Shown one piece after another: positions 1 through 8,273 of a stretch of 64,000 nucleotides of DNA. Both the position numbers and the translations under genes were made by a program. The notes below the pieces were generated by a model that was given only the letters and a program-made list of their open reading frames with translations, made no database searches and had not been told where the DNA came from. This DNA comes from Candidatus Limivicinus sp. (lineage in GTDB: Bacteria > Bacillota > Clostridia > Oscillospirales > Oscillospiraceae): contig JARHZW010000055.1 in NCBI GenBank assembly GCA_029264685.1, forward strand, positions 1,217 through 65,216. Direction: 5' to 3'. Every line of letters begins with the position of its first letter. The stretch's first letter is position 1.

Positions 1-961
1 CCATAAACTCATACTCTCTCTGGAGAGCAAGAGCAGCGCCGCAGACCTGAGGATGGTCGGTTGTATTGACCTCCCATTTCTGTATCATGCACTCAGAGCT
101 TTCGTTATACAGCTTTGCATTCTCCCAGAAAGCGTCCCAGTCCCATTTCACATTGTAGTTTTCCTCGATAAACGCAATGCACTTTTTCATGTTCTTAACT
201 GCATAGCGCTGAATTTCAGGTTCGTTGATTCTCTGAGGAACGGTTATCTGGAATATGGGAAGATCGCTGAAGTGACGGGTCATCAAGGCGGTCTGCTCTA
301 CAGAACCGTCGCAGGGCATAGAGCCTGTAACATAGCACTTTCCTACTCGGGGATAGTCGTCCACAATGGCGCAGCCGCACTCAGAGGCAGGCTCCGGGCA
401 AACATCAGGTGCAAGGCCGAACTTTTCTATTGCATCAATGTAATATGTGGTGTGGTTCTGGTCAACCTCGGAGGGCAGGCCAATGGCAAACATCGCAATA
501 TCCACAAACTTCAGAGTGGGGAAGCCGAACATGACCTGATGAGGAGTCATTTCATCAAACATAACCGTCTTGTCACGAAGCTTCTTTGCCTTTTTGCTGT
601 GGGGGCGCAGGTTTTCGTCACGGAGAATTATGTCACGAATACCCATAACAGAGTTGTGCAAAACGGAGAAGAACTGGTTATGGGCATAGTGCAGCTCCCT
701 GCCACGCAGGCCCATGGTATGTCTGTCTATCATGTGAGCGGCAGTAATGTATGACACCAGCCAGCGGTAGCGGAACATACCTTTAATCATCAGAATAGGA
801 TGACAGCCCAGCTTTGCCGCCATAAAGCCGTACAGATACAGCCAGCGGTGGAAATCATAGAAAGTGTCTTTGAAACCTTTCCATTCACGGGCGGTAAAGC
901 TGTACCTGTCAGCTTTGTAGAAGCTGCCCAGTCCCTTACCTGTCTTAGGATTATATGCCAT
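1..961 (-). CDS. 2-hydroxyacyl-CoA dehydratase family protein, large (HgdA/alpha-like) subunit. Only the 5' part is in the window; the 3' end runs off the left edge.
   Basis: Absent from the ORF track because it has no stop in the window. ATG at 959-961 (minus) sits 2 nt after the stop of 964..2169, with AGGAGG (rc of 972-977) upstream. My translation MAYNPKTGKGLGSFYKADRYSFTAREWKGFKD..FRYRWLVSYITAAHMIDR.. parallels the N-terminus of the 536-aa protein at 8274..9884 (REWRGVKD..KYRWLSAYLTAPAMVDR). The + ORF 53..754 is its antisense shadow. Confidence 0.8.
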   Translation of the reverse strand, partial: MAYNPKTGKGLGSFYKADRYSFTAREWKGFKDTFYDFHRWLYLYGFMAAKLGCHPILMIKGMFRYRWLVSYITAAHMIDRHTMGLRGRELHYAHNQFFSVLHNSVMGIRDIILRDENLRPHSKKAKKLRDKTVMFDEMTPHQVMFGFPTLKFVDIAMFAIGLPSEVDQNHTTYYIDAIEKFGLAPDVCPEPASECGCAIVDDYPRVGKCYVTGSMPCDGSVEQTALMTRHFSDLPIFQITVPQRINEPEIQRYAVKNMKKCIAFIEENYNVKWDWDAFWENAKLYNESSECMIQKWEVNTTDHPQVCGAALALQREYEFM

Positions 962-963
962 GA

Positions 964-2169
964 TTATTTTGCCTCCTTCTGCTCTGCTCGGATTTTCTTT
1001 ATCTCCAGACTTTCAACAAAAGCCTGAACTCTGGTGCGGAGCTGTCCGCTTGCGCCTGCAATATAAGGTCTGTCTATGGACAGAACATTTATTCCGTGCT
1101 CCTTAGGCATTATCTGCGCTGCCATGGTACGCTCGTATGACCAGTAGGTGCAGAACTTCATCTGCTCATAAATTACGCCGTCGGCGTTAAACTCGTGGAA
1201 GAGCTGGTCAACTCTGTCGTAGCGGCGCTGAACCCTGTGGGCTGCACACTGGCGCGGGCACTCCGTATTCTGGAGATTCCAGCGGCATATCTGAGTCAGA
1301 GCGCTCTCCTCATCGTTAAGCTCGATAACCTGACGACCGGGGAAGCTTCCGTAGCAGAAGCGGTCAAACACCACCAATGCTCCGCAATCCTCGATAAGCT
1401 TAATAAGACCCGGATCGTCTATTTCTGAGCCTACTACACCCAGACGAACACGGAAATTAGGCTTGGGGTCAACTTCCCTTGTTTTGATCTCCTCGAGAGT
1501 CTCTTTAAGAATATCCTTAATAAGGTATTTGGGGCAGACATAGCTTGAAAGCACCAGAACCGCATATTCATAGCCGGTTACGGGAGGGTTGGGAAGCTTT
1601 CTGAAATCACCTATTTCGGTCAGAATACGGCTGATTTCGTTCTGCTCCTCAACTGCTGCTCTTATAGCTGCATCTGAAATATCAACACCGTAATTTTCAT
1701 GGAGAGGTTTTAAAATTTTGCGGGTTATCTGCTCTTCGATATGCTCAACACAGTCCTCATCGTCAGAATAGGGAATATCCAGATTGCAGTAGAAGAATTT
1801 GTCTTTATCCTTGCCCTGAATCTTCATTATTTCCATATTCTCAATGGCTCTGTTGTTGGCCTCGCAAACATCCACACCGGCCAGCGCATCAAGGAACTCA
1901 AATCCGCCCTCAAGCGCTCTCTCCAAAAGTGCTCTTGCATACTCGCAGCTGTTATTTGCAAGATAATATGTAGCCATTTCCATGGAAGTGGTGTGCGGCG
2001 CACGGAGTCTTACAGAAAAACAGTCACCGAGATTAAGCAATGCCTCAGGTGAGTGGAAGCAGGTGTATCCAATGGCAAGCTTGCCCTCCCCCTGAGCTTT
2101 GCGTACCAGGTCATTGTTGGAATCCTCCAACAGACTTTCAAGATAGATAAGATGTTTCAGCTCTCTCAC
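964..2169 (-). CDS. 2-hydroxyacyl-CoA dehydratase family protein, small (HgdB/beta-like) subunit, copy 1
   Basis: 401 aa. GTG start with GGAGG 7 nt upstream. The C-terminal ..GQLRTRVQAFVESLE.. resembles the conserved C-terminus of HGD-D family dehydratase subunits. It aligns end-to-end with the paralog at 9887..11092. Confidence 0.8.
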   Translation of the reverse strand: MRELKHLIYLESLLEDSNNDLVRKAQGEGKLAIGYTCFHSPEALLNLGDCFSVRLRAPHTTSMEMATYYLANNSCEYARALLERALEGGFEFLDALAGVDVCEANNRAIENMEIMKIQGKDKDKFFYCNLDIPYSDDEDCVEHIEEQITRKILKPLHENYGVDISDAAIRAAVEEQNEISRILTEIGDFRKLPNPPVTGYEYAVLVLSSYVCPKYLIKDILKETLEEIKTREVDPKPNFRVRLGVVGSEIDDPGLIKLIEDCGALVVFDRFCYGSFPGRQVIELNDEESALTQICRWNLQNTECPRQCAAHRVQRRYDRVDQLFHEFNADGVIYEQMKFCTYWSYERTMAAQIMPKEHGINVLSIDRPYIAGASGQLRTRVQAFVESLEIKKIRAEQKEAK

Positions 2170-2242
2170 AAATATACCTCCGATTCTTGCCCAAAAAGAG
2201 CAAATCTTGTCCTGTGGAACAGTGATTTATATAATAATTAAA

Positions 2243-2893
2243 TTATACTCTGTAATTACTGAATGCCTTTACAAACATCCTGCTTATGCTCTCCATGCGC
2301 CTGCGGTAATCAAGCTCACCGCCGCTGGGAGTACCGCCGATCGAAAGGCGCTGCATAATGCCTAAAATGCTGTCATAGGAATTATAATAAAGCTCTTTAA
2401 CATCCACTTCCTTAGAAATGGACCCGTCTTCAAGCCCTTTTCTTATGGCTTTTGCCACCTGCCCGTTTGAGCTTTCATATGGTTCAGGGGGCTGATTTCT
2501 ATGTACGTCGTTCTTTCCGGCTCCGTGAAGGATCAACTCTGCATCCAGAGTAAACCGTATCCCCTTCGGGTCGTCAAGATAGAGCTCGGAATAACATATA
2601 AGCAGCCTGCCTATTTCCTCCAGACCGGTCATTCCTTCTCTTTCAGCAGGAGGATACTTGGCATCAATATATTCCATAACCTTTTCCCAATAAAGGTAAG
2701 AAGCGGCAAGCACCAGATCCGTTTTGGTTTTAAAATATCTGAAAACGGAGCGCTCTGTCAGCCCCGCTCTCTCCGCTATCTGGCTGACCTTGGTTTTGTC
2801 TATCCCCTGCTCTATGAAGCAGCCAAGTGCTTTCTCAACCACAAGCTGAATATTTTGTTTCCGCAAATCGCCCTGAGACATGAGATCCTCCAA
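2243..2893 (-). CDS. TetR/AcrR family transcriptional regulator
   Basis: N-terminal HTH signature VSQIAERAGLTERSVFRYFKTKTDLV, 216 aa. It lies 73 nt upstream of dehydratase copy 1 on the same strand. Confidence 0.9.
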   Translation of the reverse strand: MEDLMSQGDLRKQNIQLVVEKALGCFIEQGIDKTKVSQIAERAGLTERSVFRYFKTKTDLVLAASYLYWEKVMEYIDAKYPPAEREGMTGLEEIGRLLICYSELYLDDPKGIRFTLDAELILHGAGKNDVHRNQPPEPYESSNGQVAKAIRKGLEDGSISKEVDVKELYYNSYDSILGIMQRLSIGGTPSGGELDYRRRMESISRMFVKAFSNYRV

Positions 2894-2915
2894 ATACGCA
2901 TAGCTGTTTGTTAAC

Positions 2916-2966
2916 TGTCAGTCAAACTGACACCATGAGTATATAACAGAAATTTAGAAAGGGCAA
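2916..2966 (-). promoter_or_regulatory. Putative sigma-A promoter of the TetR gene, with a perfect inverted repeat as candidate TetR operator
   Basis: On the minus strand: TTGCCC (2961-2966), 17-nt spacer, TATACT (2938-2943). The palindrome TGTCAGT-caa-ACTGACA (2916-2932) follows 6 nt downstream of the -10 and about 23 nt upstream of the start codon. Confidence 0.55.
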
Positions 2967-3354
2967 TAGAGAAGATTACTGATTTTAGCACCGCTTTTTT
3001 GTGTAATATGTCAGATTTTTGACATTCTGTTAAAACTGTAAAAACACTGCTGCCGCAATAGCTTGAAGCCTGCTGAAGATTTCATGCTTATGCCGTCAGG
3101 CGCAGCAGCCATTGCGTCCGCAGCGTAAGCTTGTGTATCTTTTTTTCATAAATCATCCAAGTAAAAATTAGTTTCCCGGCATAAAACAGTCTTAGTTATG
3201 TTTTGAGAAAAATATATATTGCCTGTAGAATATAAGTAAATTTTGGTTTTATGTGTGCAGGCAGCTTCTGTCCGGCCTATATCTTTATAATACTCCCGTC
3301 AGTCCAAGTTAAATCACCCCCACTCCTTACGGTACATGGAATGGGGGTGGCAAT

Positions 3355-3897
3355 TCAGTCTTCCATCTGCTTTCCGAGAAAAAGGGCTATTACCTGTAGG
3401 AGCTTTTCTTCAAAAGCAGTGTCGCTTTCGCTGCCCGTTGAATTTATGAACAGCACGCTGCCCATAATATCTCCCTGAGTCAGTATAGGGCAGGCAGAGG
3501 AAACCGCATACCCGCTCTCACTCTGACACACCGGAATTTCCGTGTCCCCTTTTTTTCGGCTGTACGGCGCTCTGTTCTCCATAAGCTTTACTAATTCCTG
3601 ACTTATCGCCTTGTCGTGAAGCTCTTTTTTTGCCGGACCCGAGATGGCTATTACGCTGTCTCTGTCGCAAACTGCGGCAGTTCCGCCCGTTGCTTTCCTA
3701 AGGCTTTCGCACATTTCCGCCGCAAACTCCGACAGCTCCCCGATAGGTGAATACTTCTTAAATATGAGTTCTCCATCCTTGTCTGTGAAAATTTCCAGCG
3801 GATCACCCTCTCTTATACGCATAGTACGGCGTATTTCCTTCGGGATAACCACTCTTCCCAAATCATCTATTCTGCGGACTATACCGGTTGCTTTCAT
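3355..3897 (-). CDS. spoVT: Stage V sporulation protein T (AbrB-type SpoVT/AbrB N-domain plus GAF-like C-domain)
   Basis: MKATGIVRRIDDLGRVVIPKEIRRTMRIREGDPLEIF is the classical SpoVT/AbrB swapped-hairpin domain. The 180-aa length matches SpoVT. Confidence 0.9.
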   Translation of the reverse strand: MKATGIVRRIDDLGRVVIPKEIRRTMRIREGDPLEIFTDKDGELIFKKYSPIGELSEFAAEMCESLRKATGGTAAVCDRDSVIAISGPAKKELHDKAISQELVKLMENRAPYSRKKGDTEIPVCQSESGYAVSSACPILTQGDIMGSVLFINSTGSESDTAFEEKLLQVIALFLGKQMED

Positions 3898-3981
3898 GTT
3901 TTCTTCTCCTTATTTGAAAATCTCTGTGGGAAATATTGTTTGCAGATAAAGGAAATTTATGCAAAATTCAAAATTTTAGAA

Positions 3982-4024
3982 TAACAAAACAGCGAAAACC
4001 GATTTGTTTGTCGGTTTTCGCTGT
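3982..4024 (-). terminator. Intrinsic terminator after ricT
   Basis: Stem cagcgaaaaccga / tcggttttcgctg, immediately 3' of the ricT stop, followed by a T-rich run on the minus strand. Confidence 0.7.
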
Positions 4025-4029
4025 TGATA

Positions 4030-5361
4030 TTACTGGTTATTTTCTGTCTTGGCTTTGGGCTTCCCTTTATAGCGTGGGCGATAATTATTTTTCTTCTTAG
4101 GAGGATAATTTTTCTTTTCTCCGCCCTCTTCTCTCTGCTGAGGTTTTCCCTCGGGCTTAACCGACCGCTGCGGGGCTCTGCCCTTGGGCTGCGAGGGTTT
4201 TCTGTTCTGGTCGGTCTGGTTTTTCTCCTGTCCTTCCTTCTTTTTCCCATAGTCATTTTTATGCTGAGGCTTCTTATTCTGAGGCTGTCTCTGCTCTTTC
4301 TGGCGCTCATCAGAAGCCTGTTTCTCGCCCTGGGGCTTTCTCGGCTTGTTGTGGCGGCGGTTGTTATTTCCGTTACCGCCGTTGCCTCCCCCGTTCTTTT
4401 TGCGCTTGTTTTCAGGATTTTCCTTCTGAGCCTCCGGTTCGGATATAACGATCTCCGGCACGAACCACTCGTTCTCAGGCTCTTCATCCACTTCAGGCTC
4501 AGGTATATAATTCAGTACATGCGGAGGCTCTTCACCCTCTTTGGGTCTGCCCCCCGGAACAGCGCACAGCTCGTTTGCCTTATAAAGATGCAGCTCCTCA
4601 CCGGACTCTCCGTCCAGCTTGACCTTCACATTCTGGCGCATAAGGTTCACCTGAACGGCTGTTCCAAAGCCGTCCTTGGTTTCAACGAAAGCTCCCTGCT
4701 TGGGAACATTCTTTATCAGCTCTTCATAGGCCTCCTGCTCATAGCGCAGGCAGCACATAAGCCTGCCGCAGCTGCCGGAAATCTTCGTAGGGTTCAGGGA
4801 AAGGTTCTGCACCTTTGCCATTTTAGTGGAAACAGGCTGGAATTCATCCAAAAACTGATTGCAGCAATACGGTCTGCCGCATATTCCTATGCCGCCTATC
4901 ATCTTAGCTTCGTCTCTCACGCCTATCTGGCGCAGCTCTATACGGTTTCTGAAAATACCCGCCAGATCTTTTACAAGCTCTCTGAAGTCCACTCTTCCGT
5001 CAGAGGTGAAAAAGAACATGGTCTTGTTGCCCTCGAAATTGCATTCCACATCCACCAGCTTCATATCCAGTCCGTGCTCTGCAATTTTTTTCTGGCAGAT
5101 TTCAAATGCCTCTTTTTCACGGGTCTTATTCAGTTCTGCCACTCTCAGGTCATCCTCAGTGGCAACACGAATGACAGGACGGAGAGGCTGAACCACCGCT
5201 GTGTCCTCAACCATATGGTTTCCATAGTGACAATCTGCAATCTCCAGTCCCTTTGAGGTCTCTACGATTACCTTGTCCCCGCTTTTTACATTCAGTTCTC
5301 CCGGGGAAAAGAAATAACATTTTCCCCTGTTTTTGAATTTTATACTAATTACTTCTATCAA
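4030..5361 (-). CDS. ricT: RicT/YaaT (PSP1 domain) protein with a long basic low-complexity C-terminal extension
   Basis: The N-terminal 280 aa carry a PSP1 domain with Cys motifs GICGRPYCCNQF and GSCGRLMCCLRYE. It sits directly after holB, as in Bacillus. The last roughly 160 aa are K/R/Q/E/P/G/N-rich. Confidence 0.85.
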   Translation of the reverse strand: MIEVISIKFKNRGKCYFFSPGELNVKSGDKVIVETSKGLEIADCHYGNHMVEDTAVVQPLRPVIRVATEDDLRVAELNKTREKEAFEICQKKIAEHGLDMKLVDVECNFEGNKTMFFFTSDGRVDFRELVKDLAGIFRNRIELRQIGVRDEAKMIGGIGICGRPYCCNQFLDEFQPVSTKMAKVQNLSLNPTKISGSCGRLMCCLRYEQEAYEELIKNVPKQGAFVETKDGFGTAVQVNLMRQNVKVKLDGESGEELHLYKANELCAVPGGRPKEGEEPPHVLNYIPEPEVDEEPENEWFVPEIVISEPEAQKENPENKRKKNGGGNGGNGNNNRRHNKPRKPQGEKQASDERQKEQRQPQNKKPQHKNDYGKKKEGQEKNQTDQNRKPSQPKGRAPQRSVKPEGKPQQREEGGEKKNYPPKKKNNYRPRYKGKPKAKTENNQ

Positions 5362-6177
5362 TTATTTTTCCTCTTTCCTGCTTCCGGTCAAAGAATCCAC
5401 AGCCAGAAGACCGAATATATGCTTCGCACCCACGTTTACCTTCAGGTATTTTTCACACAGCTTAAAAAGCTCAATGAGCCTTTTTAGCTCGTACTTGTTT
5501 ATCCCCATATCGGGTCTGCGACCACAGAGCATGTCAGTAATGACATAGATTGTATGCTCGGCAAAATCTGCCGCATCCTTTGCGTCCATGCCCTCGTTCT
5601 GAGCACACCAGCGCATAAGATTGCATTCGTTTCCGGTCGAAACCGCTTTAAGATATGAAAGGGACAGCCTGTCTGCCTCTTTGTCCGTCTCCTCCGGCTT
5701 TGAGCTGAGACTGATTTCAGCGCAGCGGGAGCGGACAGTGCTGAGTAAAAGCCCCGGATTTTTAACGCACAGCAGCAGCATGGCGCCGTTGGGCGGCTCC
5801 TCAAGCAGCTTGAGAGCTGCGTTCTGAGCATTGGGATTCATGCAGTCCGCATCTTCTATTATATAAACCTTGCGCTTTCCTTCGTTAGGCAGCACACAGG
5901 CATCGGAGCGGAGAGCCCTCACCTGCTCTACGCTTATTTCTCTTTTAAGTTTACCTTCCCTGTCGGCAAGTCTGCCAATGGTAATAAGATCGGGGTGAAT
6001 TCCCTCACGAACCTTACGGCAAGCCCTGCACTTTCCGCATGGAGCTAAACCGTCAGATGTGCAAAGTGCAGCCTGGGCGATTTTTTTTGCCTCCGCCAGA
6101 CTTTCCTCAGAGGTCTGGGCCGAAATTATACAGGCATGAGCAAGATGCCCGGAATCTTTAAAATCAAGTCCCGCCAT
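5362..6177 (-). CDS. holB: DNA polymerase III delta-prime subunit
   Basis: Zinc module CGKCRACRKVREGIHPD, clamp-loader box VYIIEDADCMNPNAQNAALKLLEEPP. ATG at 6177 has GGAGGAAG 6 nt upstream; the track start at 6192 is a TTG. The stop abuts the ricT start. Confidence 0.85.
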   Translation of the reverse strand: MAGLDFKDSGHLAHACIISAQTSEESLAEAKKIAQAALCTSDGLAPCGKCRACRKVREGIHPDLITIGRLADREGKLKREISVEQVRALRSDACVLPNEGKRKVYIIEDADCMNPNAQNAALKLLEEPPNGAMLLLCVKNPGLLLSTVRSRCAEISLSSKPEETDKEADRLSLSYLKAVSTGNECNLMRWCAQNEGMDAKDAADFAEHTIYVITDMLCGRRPDMGINKYELKRLIELFKLCEKYLKVNVGAKHIFGLLAVDSLTGSRKEEK

Positions 6178-6343
6178 AGACTTCCTCCACAAAGTATACT
6201 TAACTGTATTATTTTACATATAAAATCTCACATAGTCAACTCTTATGTTCTTTTATTTTATGTTTAATCATAATAAATTAAATAAAGCTGCGTTTTTTGC
6301 TCTTGATAGCAGCGCAGAGAGCAGTTATAATAACAGCATCTGA

Positions 6344-7039
6344 ATGAAAGAAGGTATTTATATGGAATTGACCGCCATGGCAAACTGGCTCAACACCGCA
6401 TTTGCCGGATATGACGGGGCTATTTTAAAAGCCATGCACGCTCTGGCTGAGAGTGCAGGCAAGGTTTTGACTCCTGTTATGAAGCTGATTACACTGCTTG
6501 GTGAAAAGGGGCTTCTCCTGTTTTTACTTGCATTGGTGTTTATGTGCTTTGCAAAGACCCGAAAGTTCGGCGTCTGTGTTTTCGGTGCCGTGTGCTGCGG
6601 TGCTTTAATTACAAACGTAATTTTAAAAGACATGGTTGCAAGACCACGACCCTTTGAAGGCTTGCAGCAGTTTACCCAGTACTGGCAGTTTTTGGGTTCT
6701 CCTGCTGAGGACGGCTTTTCATTTCCCTCAGGTCATGTGACTGCCGCTGCCTCCGGCCTTACCGCTCTTTGTCTTATAACAAAAGACAAACGGCTTATCG
6801 CACCCTCAGCCGTAATTGTTGTGCTTATGGGTATTTCCCGAAACTATCTTATGGCCCACTATCCCTCCGATGTGCTTTTTGCAATGCTTATAGGCGTTGC
6901 CTCCGCATTTATAGCTTGGGCAATCACCAAACTTATATACAGCTTTCTTGAAGCTAATGAAGATAACGGCTTTTGCTCCTTTGTACTGGAATTTAACATC
7001 ACCGATTTGAAAAAAGCCGGCTATCAGGGTAAGCATTGA
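6344..7039 (+). CDS. PAP2-family membrane phosphatase (undecaprenyl-diphosphatase / phosphatidic acid phosphatase type)
   Basis: All three PAP2 motifs are present: KDMVARPRP, PSGH, SRNYLMAHYPSD. Multiple hydrophobic helices. The start could instead be the ATG at 6362. Confidence 0.85.
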   Translation: MKEGIYMELTAMANWLNTAFAGYDGAILKAMHALAESAGKVLTPVMKLITLLGEKGLLLFLLALVFMCFAKTRKFGVCVFGAVCCGALITNVILKDMVARPRPFEGLQQFTQYWQFLGSPAEDGFSFPSGHVTAAASGLTALCLITKDKRLIAPSAVIVVLMGISRNYLMAHYPSDVLFAMLIGVASAFIAWAITKLIYSFLEANEDNGFCSFVLEFNITDLKKAGYQGKH

Positions 7040-7053
7040 TCAAGAGGTAAATT

Positions 7054-7734
7054 ATGGAACTTTCGCTGTTCAAGGAATTTAAAAATATAATAGTTCTGGA
7101 CACGGAAACCAGCGGTCTGAGCTTCAGGGATGACGAAATTATAGAGCTTGCCATGCTGCGTGTGGAAAAGCAGGCATCCGATGTCCGGATTATGGATGAA
7201 TATGATGAATTTATTCGTCTGAGCGACGGAAGAATTTTGCCTGAAAAAATCTCCCAGCTGACAGGAATCACGCCTTTCATGCTTGAGACGCAGGGGGTCC
7301 AAAAATCGGAGGCTGCCGCTGCTCTGGAAAAAATGTTCTCGGTTGAAAAGCCTCTTGTGGTGGCCTATAACGCTCAGTTCGATATGTGCTTTCTCTATTA
7401 TTTTCTTGCAAAATACGGAGATGCTTCAGTTCTAAAAAATATCAGAATGCTGGACGCAATGACAGTCTACAGGGATCGCCGTCCCTTCCCGCACAAGCTC
7501 TGCAACGCCATTGAGCAGTACGAAGTGGATGCTGTAAACTCCCACCGTGCCATTGATGACACGAAGGCTGCCTTTAAGCTTCTCATGGCAATGGCCGAGG
7601 AAAAAGACGACCTGATGAACTACATAAATCTTTTTGGCTACAACCCCAAATACGGAGTGTCCGGCTCAAAGATTTCATCTGTCACATATAAGCCTCAGGG
7701 CTATGAGCCGGGAATTCCGGTGTATGAACTGTAA
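7054..7734 (+). CDS. DnaQ-like 3'-5' exonuclease (DEDDh family), stand-alone
   Basis: Exo motifs I VLDTETSGL, II AYNAQFDMCFL and III HRAIDDTKA. GAGG RBS upstream. Confidence 0.85.
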   Translation: MELSLFKEFKNIIVLDTETSGLSFRDDEIIELAMLRVEKQASDVRIMDEYDEFIRLSDGRILPEKISQLTGITPFMLETQGVQKSEAAAALEKMFSVEKPLVVAYNAQFDMCFLYYFLAKYGDASVLKNIRMLDAMTVYRDRRPFPHKLCNAIEQYEVDAVNSHRAIDDTKAAFKLLMAMAEEKDDLMNYINLFGYNPKYGVSGSKISSVTYKPQGYEPGIPVYEL

Positions 7735-7750
7735 AGCTGTTTATTATTAA

Positions 7751-7784
7751 GCAAAAACCGCTCCCAAAGGAGCGGTTTTTTGCT
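7751..7784 (+). terminator. Intrinsic terminator
   Basis: aaaaccgctcc-caaa-ggagcggtttttt. Confidence 0.85.
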
Positions 7785-7817
7785 TAAACGGCAGGTCTTT
7801 ATATAATTACACTGTTT

Positions 7818-8087
7818 TCATCTGAAATCCACAAATCCGGTTCTTGTTTTGGCAGGATATCCCAGCTCCCAGATACATTTTCCGCATATGGGGCACTTCT
7901 CTCCACTATCGTGGAGTTTTTTTATTCTGGATTCAGCCCTCATAAGATACATATTCGTTTTATCAACATATCCACATTCAGGGCAGAAACTGAGATAATT
8001 AGCAAAGGAATCGAAAACTTCGTTCTTTCTGTCCCTTTTTTCCTCTTCGCTCAACTCTCTCGGCTCTATATTTTCATTTTTCAGCAT
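7818..8087 (-). CDS. Small four-Cys zinc-ribbon / rubredoxin-like protein. Last gene of the dehydratase copy-2 operon.
   Basis: 89 aa with two knuckles, CPECGYV and CPICGKC, 26 residues apart. The GGGAGG RBS overlaps the stop of the upstream 52-aa ORF. Confidence 0.65.
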   Translation of the reverse strand: MLKNENIEPRELSEEEKRDRKNEVFDSFANYLSFCPECGYVDKTNMYLMRAESRIKKLHDSGEKCPICGKCIWELGYPAKTRTGFVDFR

Positions 8088-8102
8088 ATTACAACCTCCC
8101 GC

Positions 8103-8261
8103 TCAGATCTTATGCTCACGCTTAACGCTGTCGTGGTGTTTATCCAGCATAGGAAGCACCACATAGTGCATGAGCTTCATGTCAAGATTATAATAATACA
8201 CCGCAAAAAGGGCAGCCAGTGAGCCTGAAATTACAGCAAAAAACTTTCCGAATTTCTTCAT
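8103..8261 (-). CDS. 52-aa single-pass membrane peptide (below the ORF-track size cut-off)
   Basis: My translation is MKKFGKFFAVISGSLAALFAVYYYNLDMKLMHYVVLPMLDKHHDSVKREHKI. AGGAGA lies 7 nt upstream. The ORF starts 12 nt after the stop of 8274..9884. Confidence 0.55.
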   Translation of the reverse strand: MKKFGKFFAVISGSLAALFAVYYYNLDMKLMHYVVLPMLDKHHDSVKREHKI

Positions 8262-8273
8262 AATTTTTCTCCT

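Noticed and set aside
53-754. 233-aa + strand ORF at the left edge
   Set aside because: It is antisense to the partial dehydratase large-subunit gene (1..961, minus). That gene has an RBS, a coupled start and a clear paralog.
3096-3149. 17-aa Cys-rich ORF (MKKRYTSLRCGRNGCCA) on the minus strand
   Set aside because: It has only a poor GGATGA Shine-Dalgarno and no neighbouring modification or export genes. It is too short to support without conservation data.
3957-5256. ORFs of 410 aa (+) and 176 aa (-) overlapping ricT
   Set aside because: Both overlap the well-supported ricT frame. Their translations are runs of L/F/R or R/K/S generated by the low-complexity tail region read in other frames.
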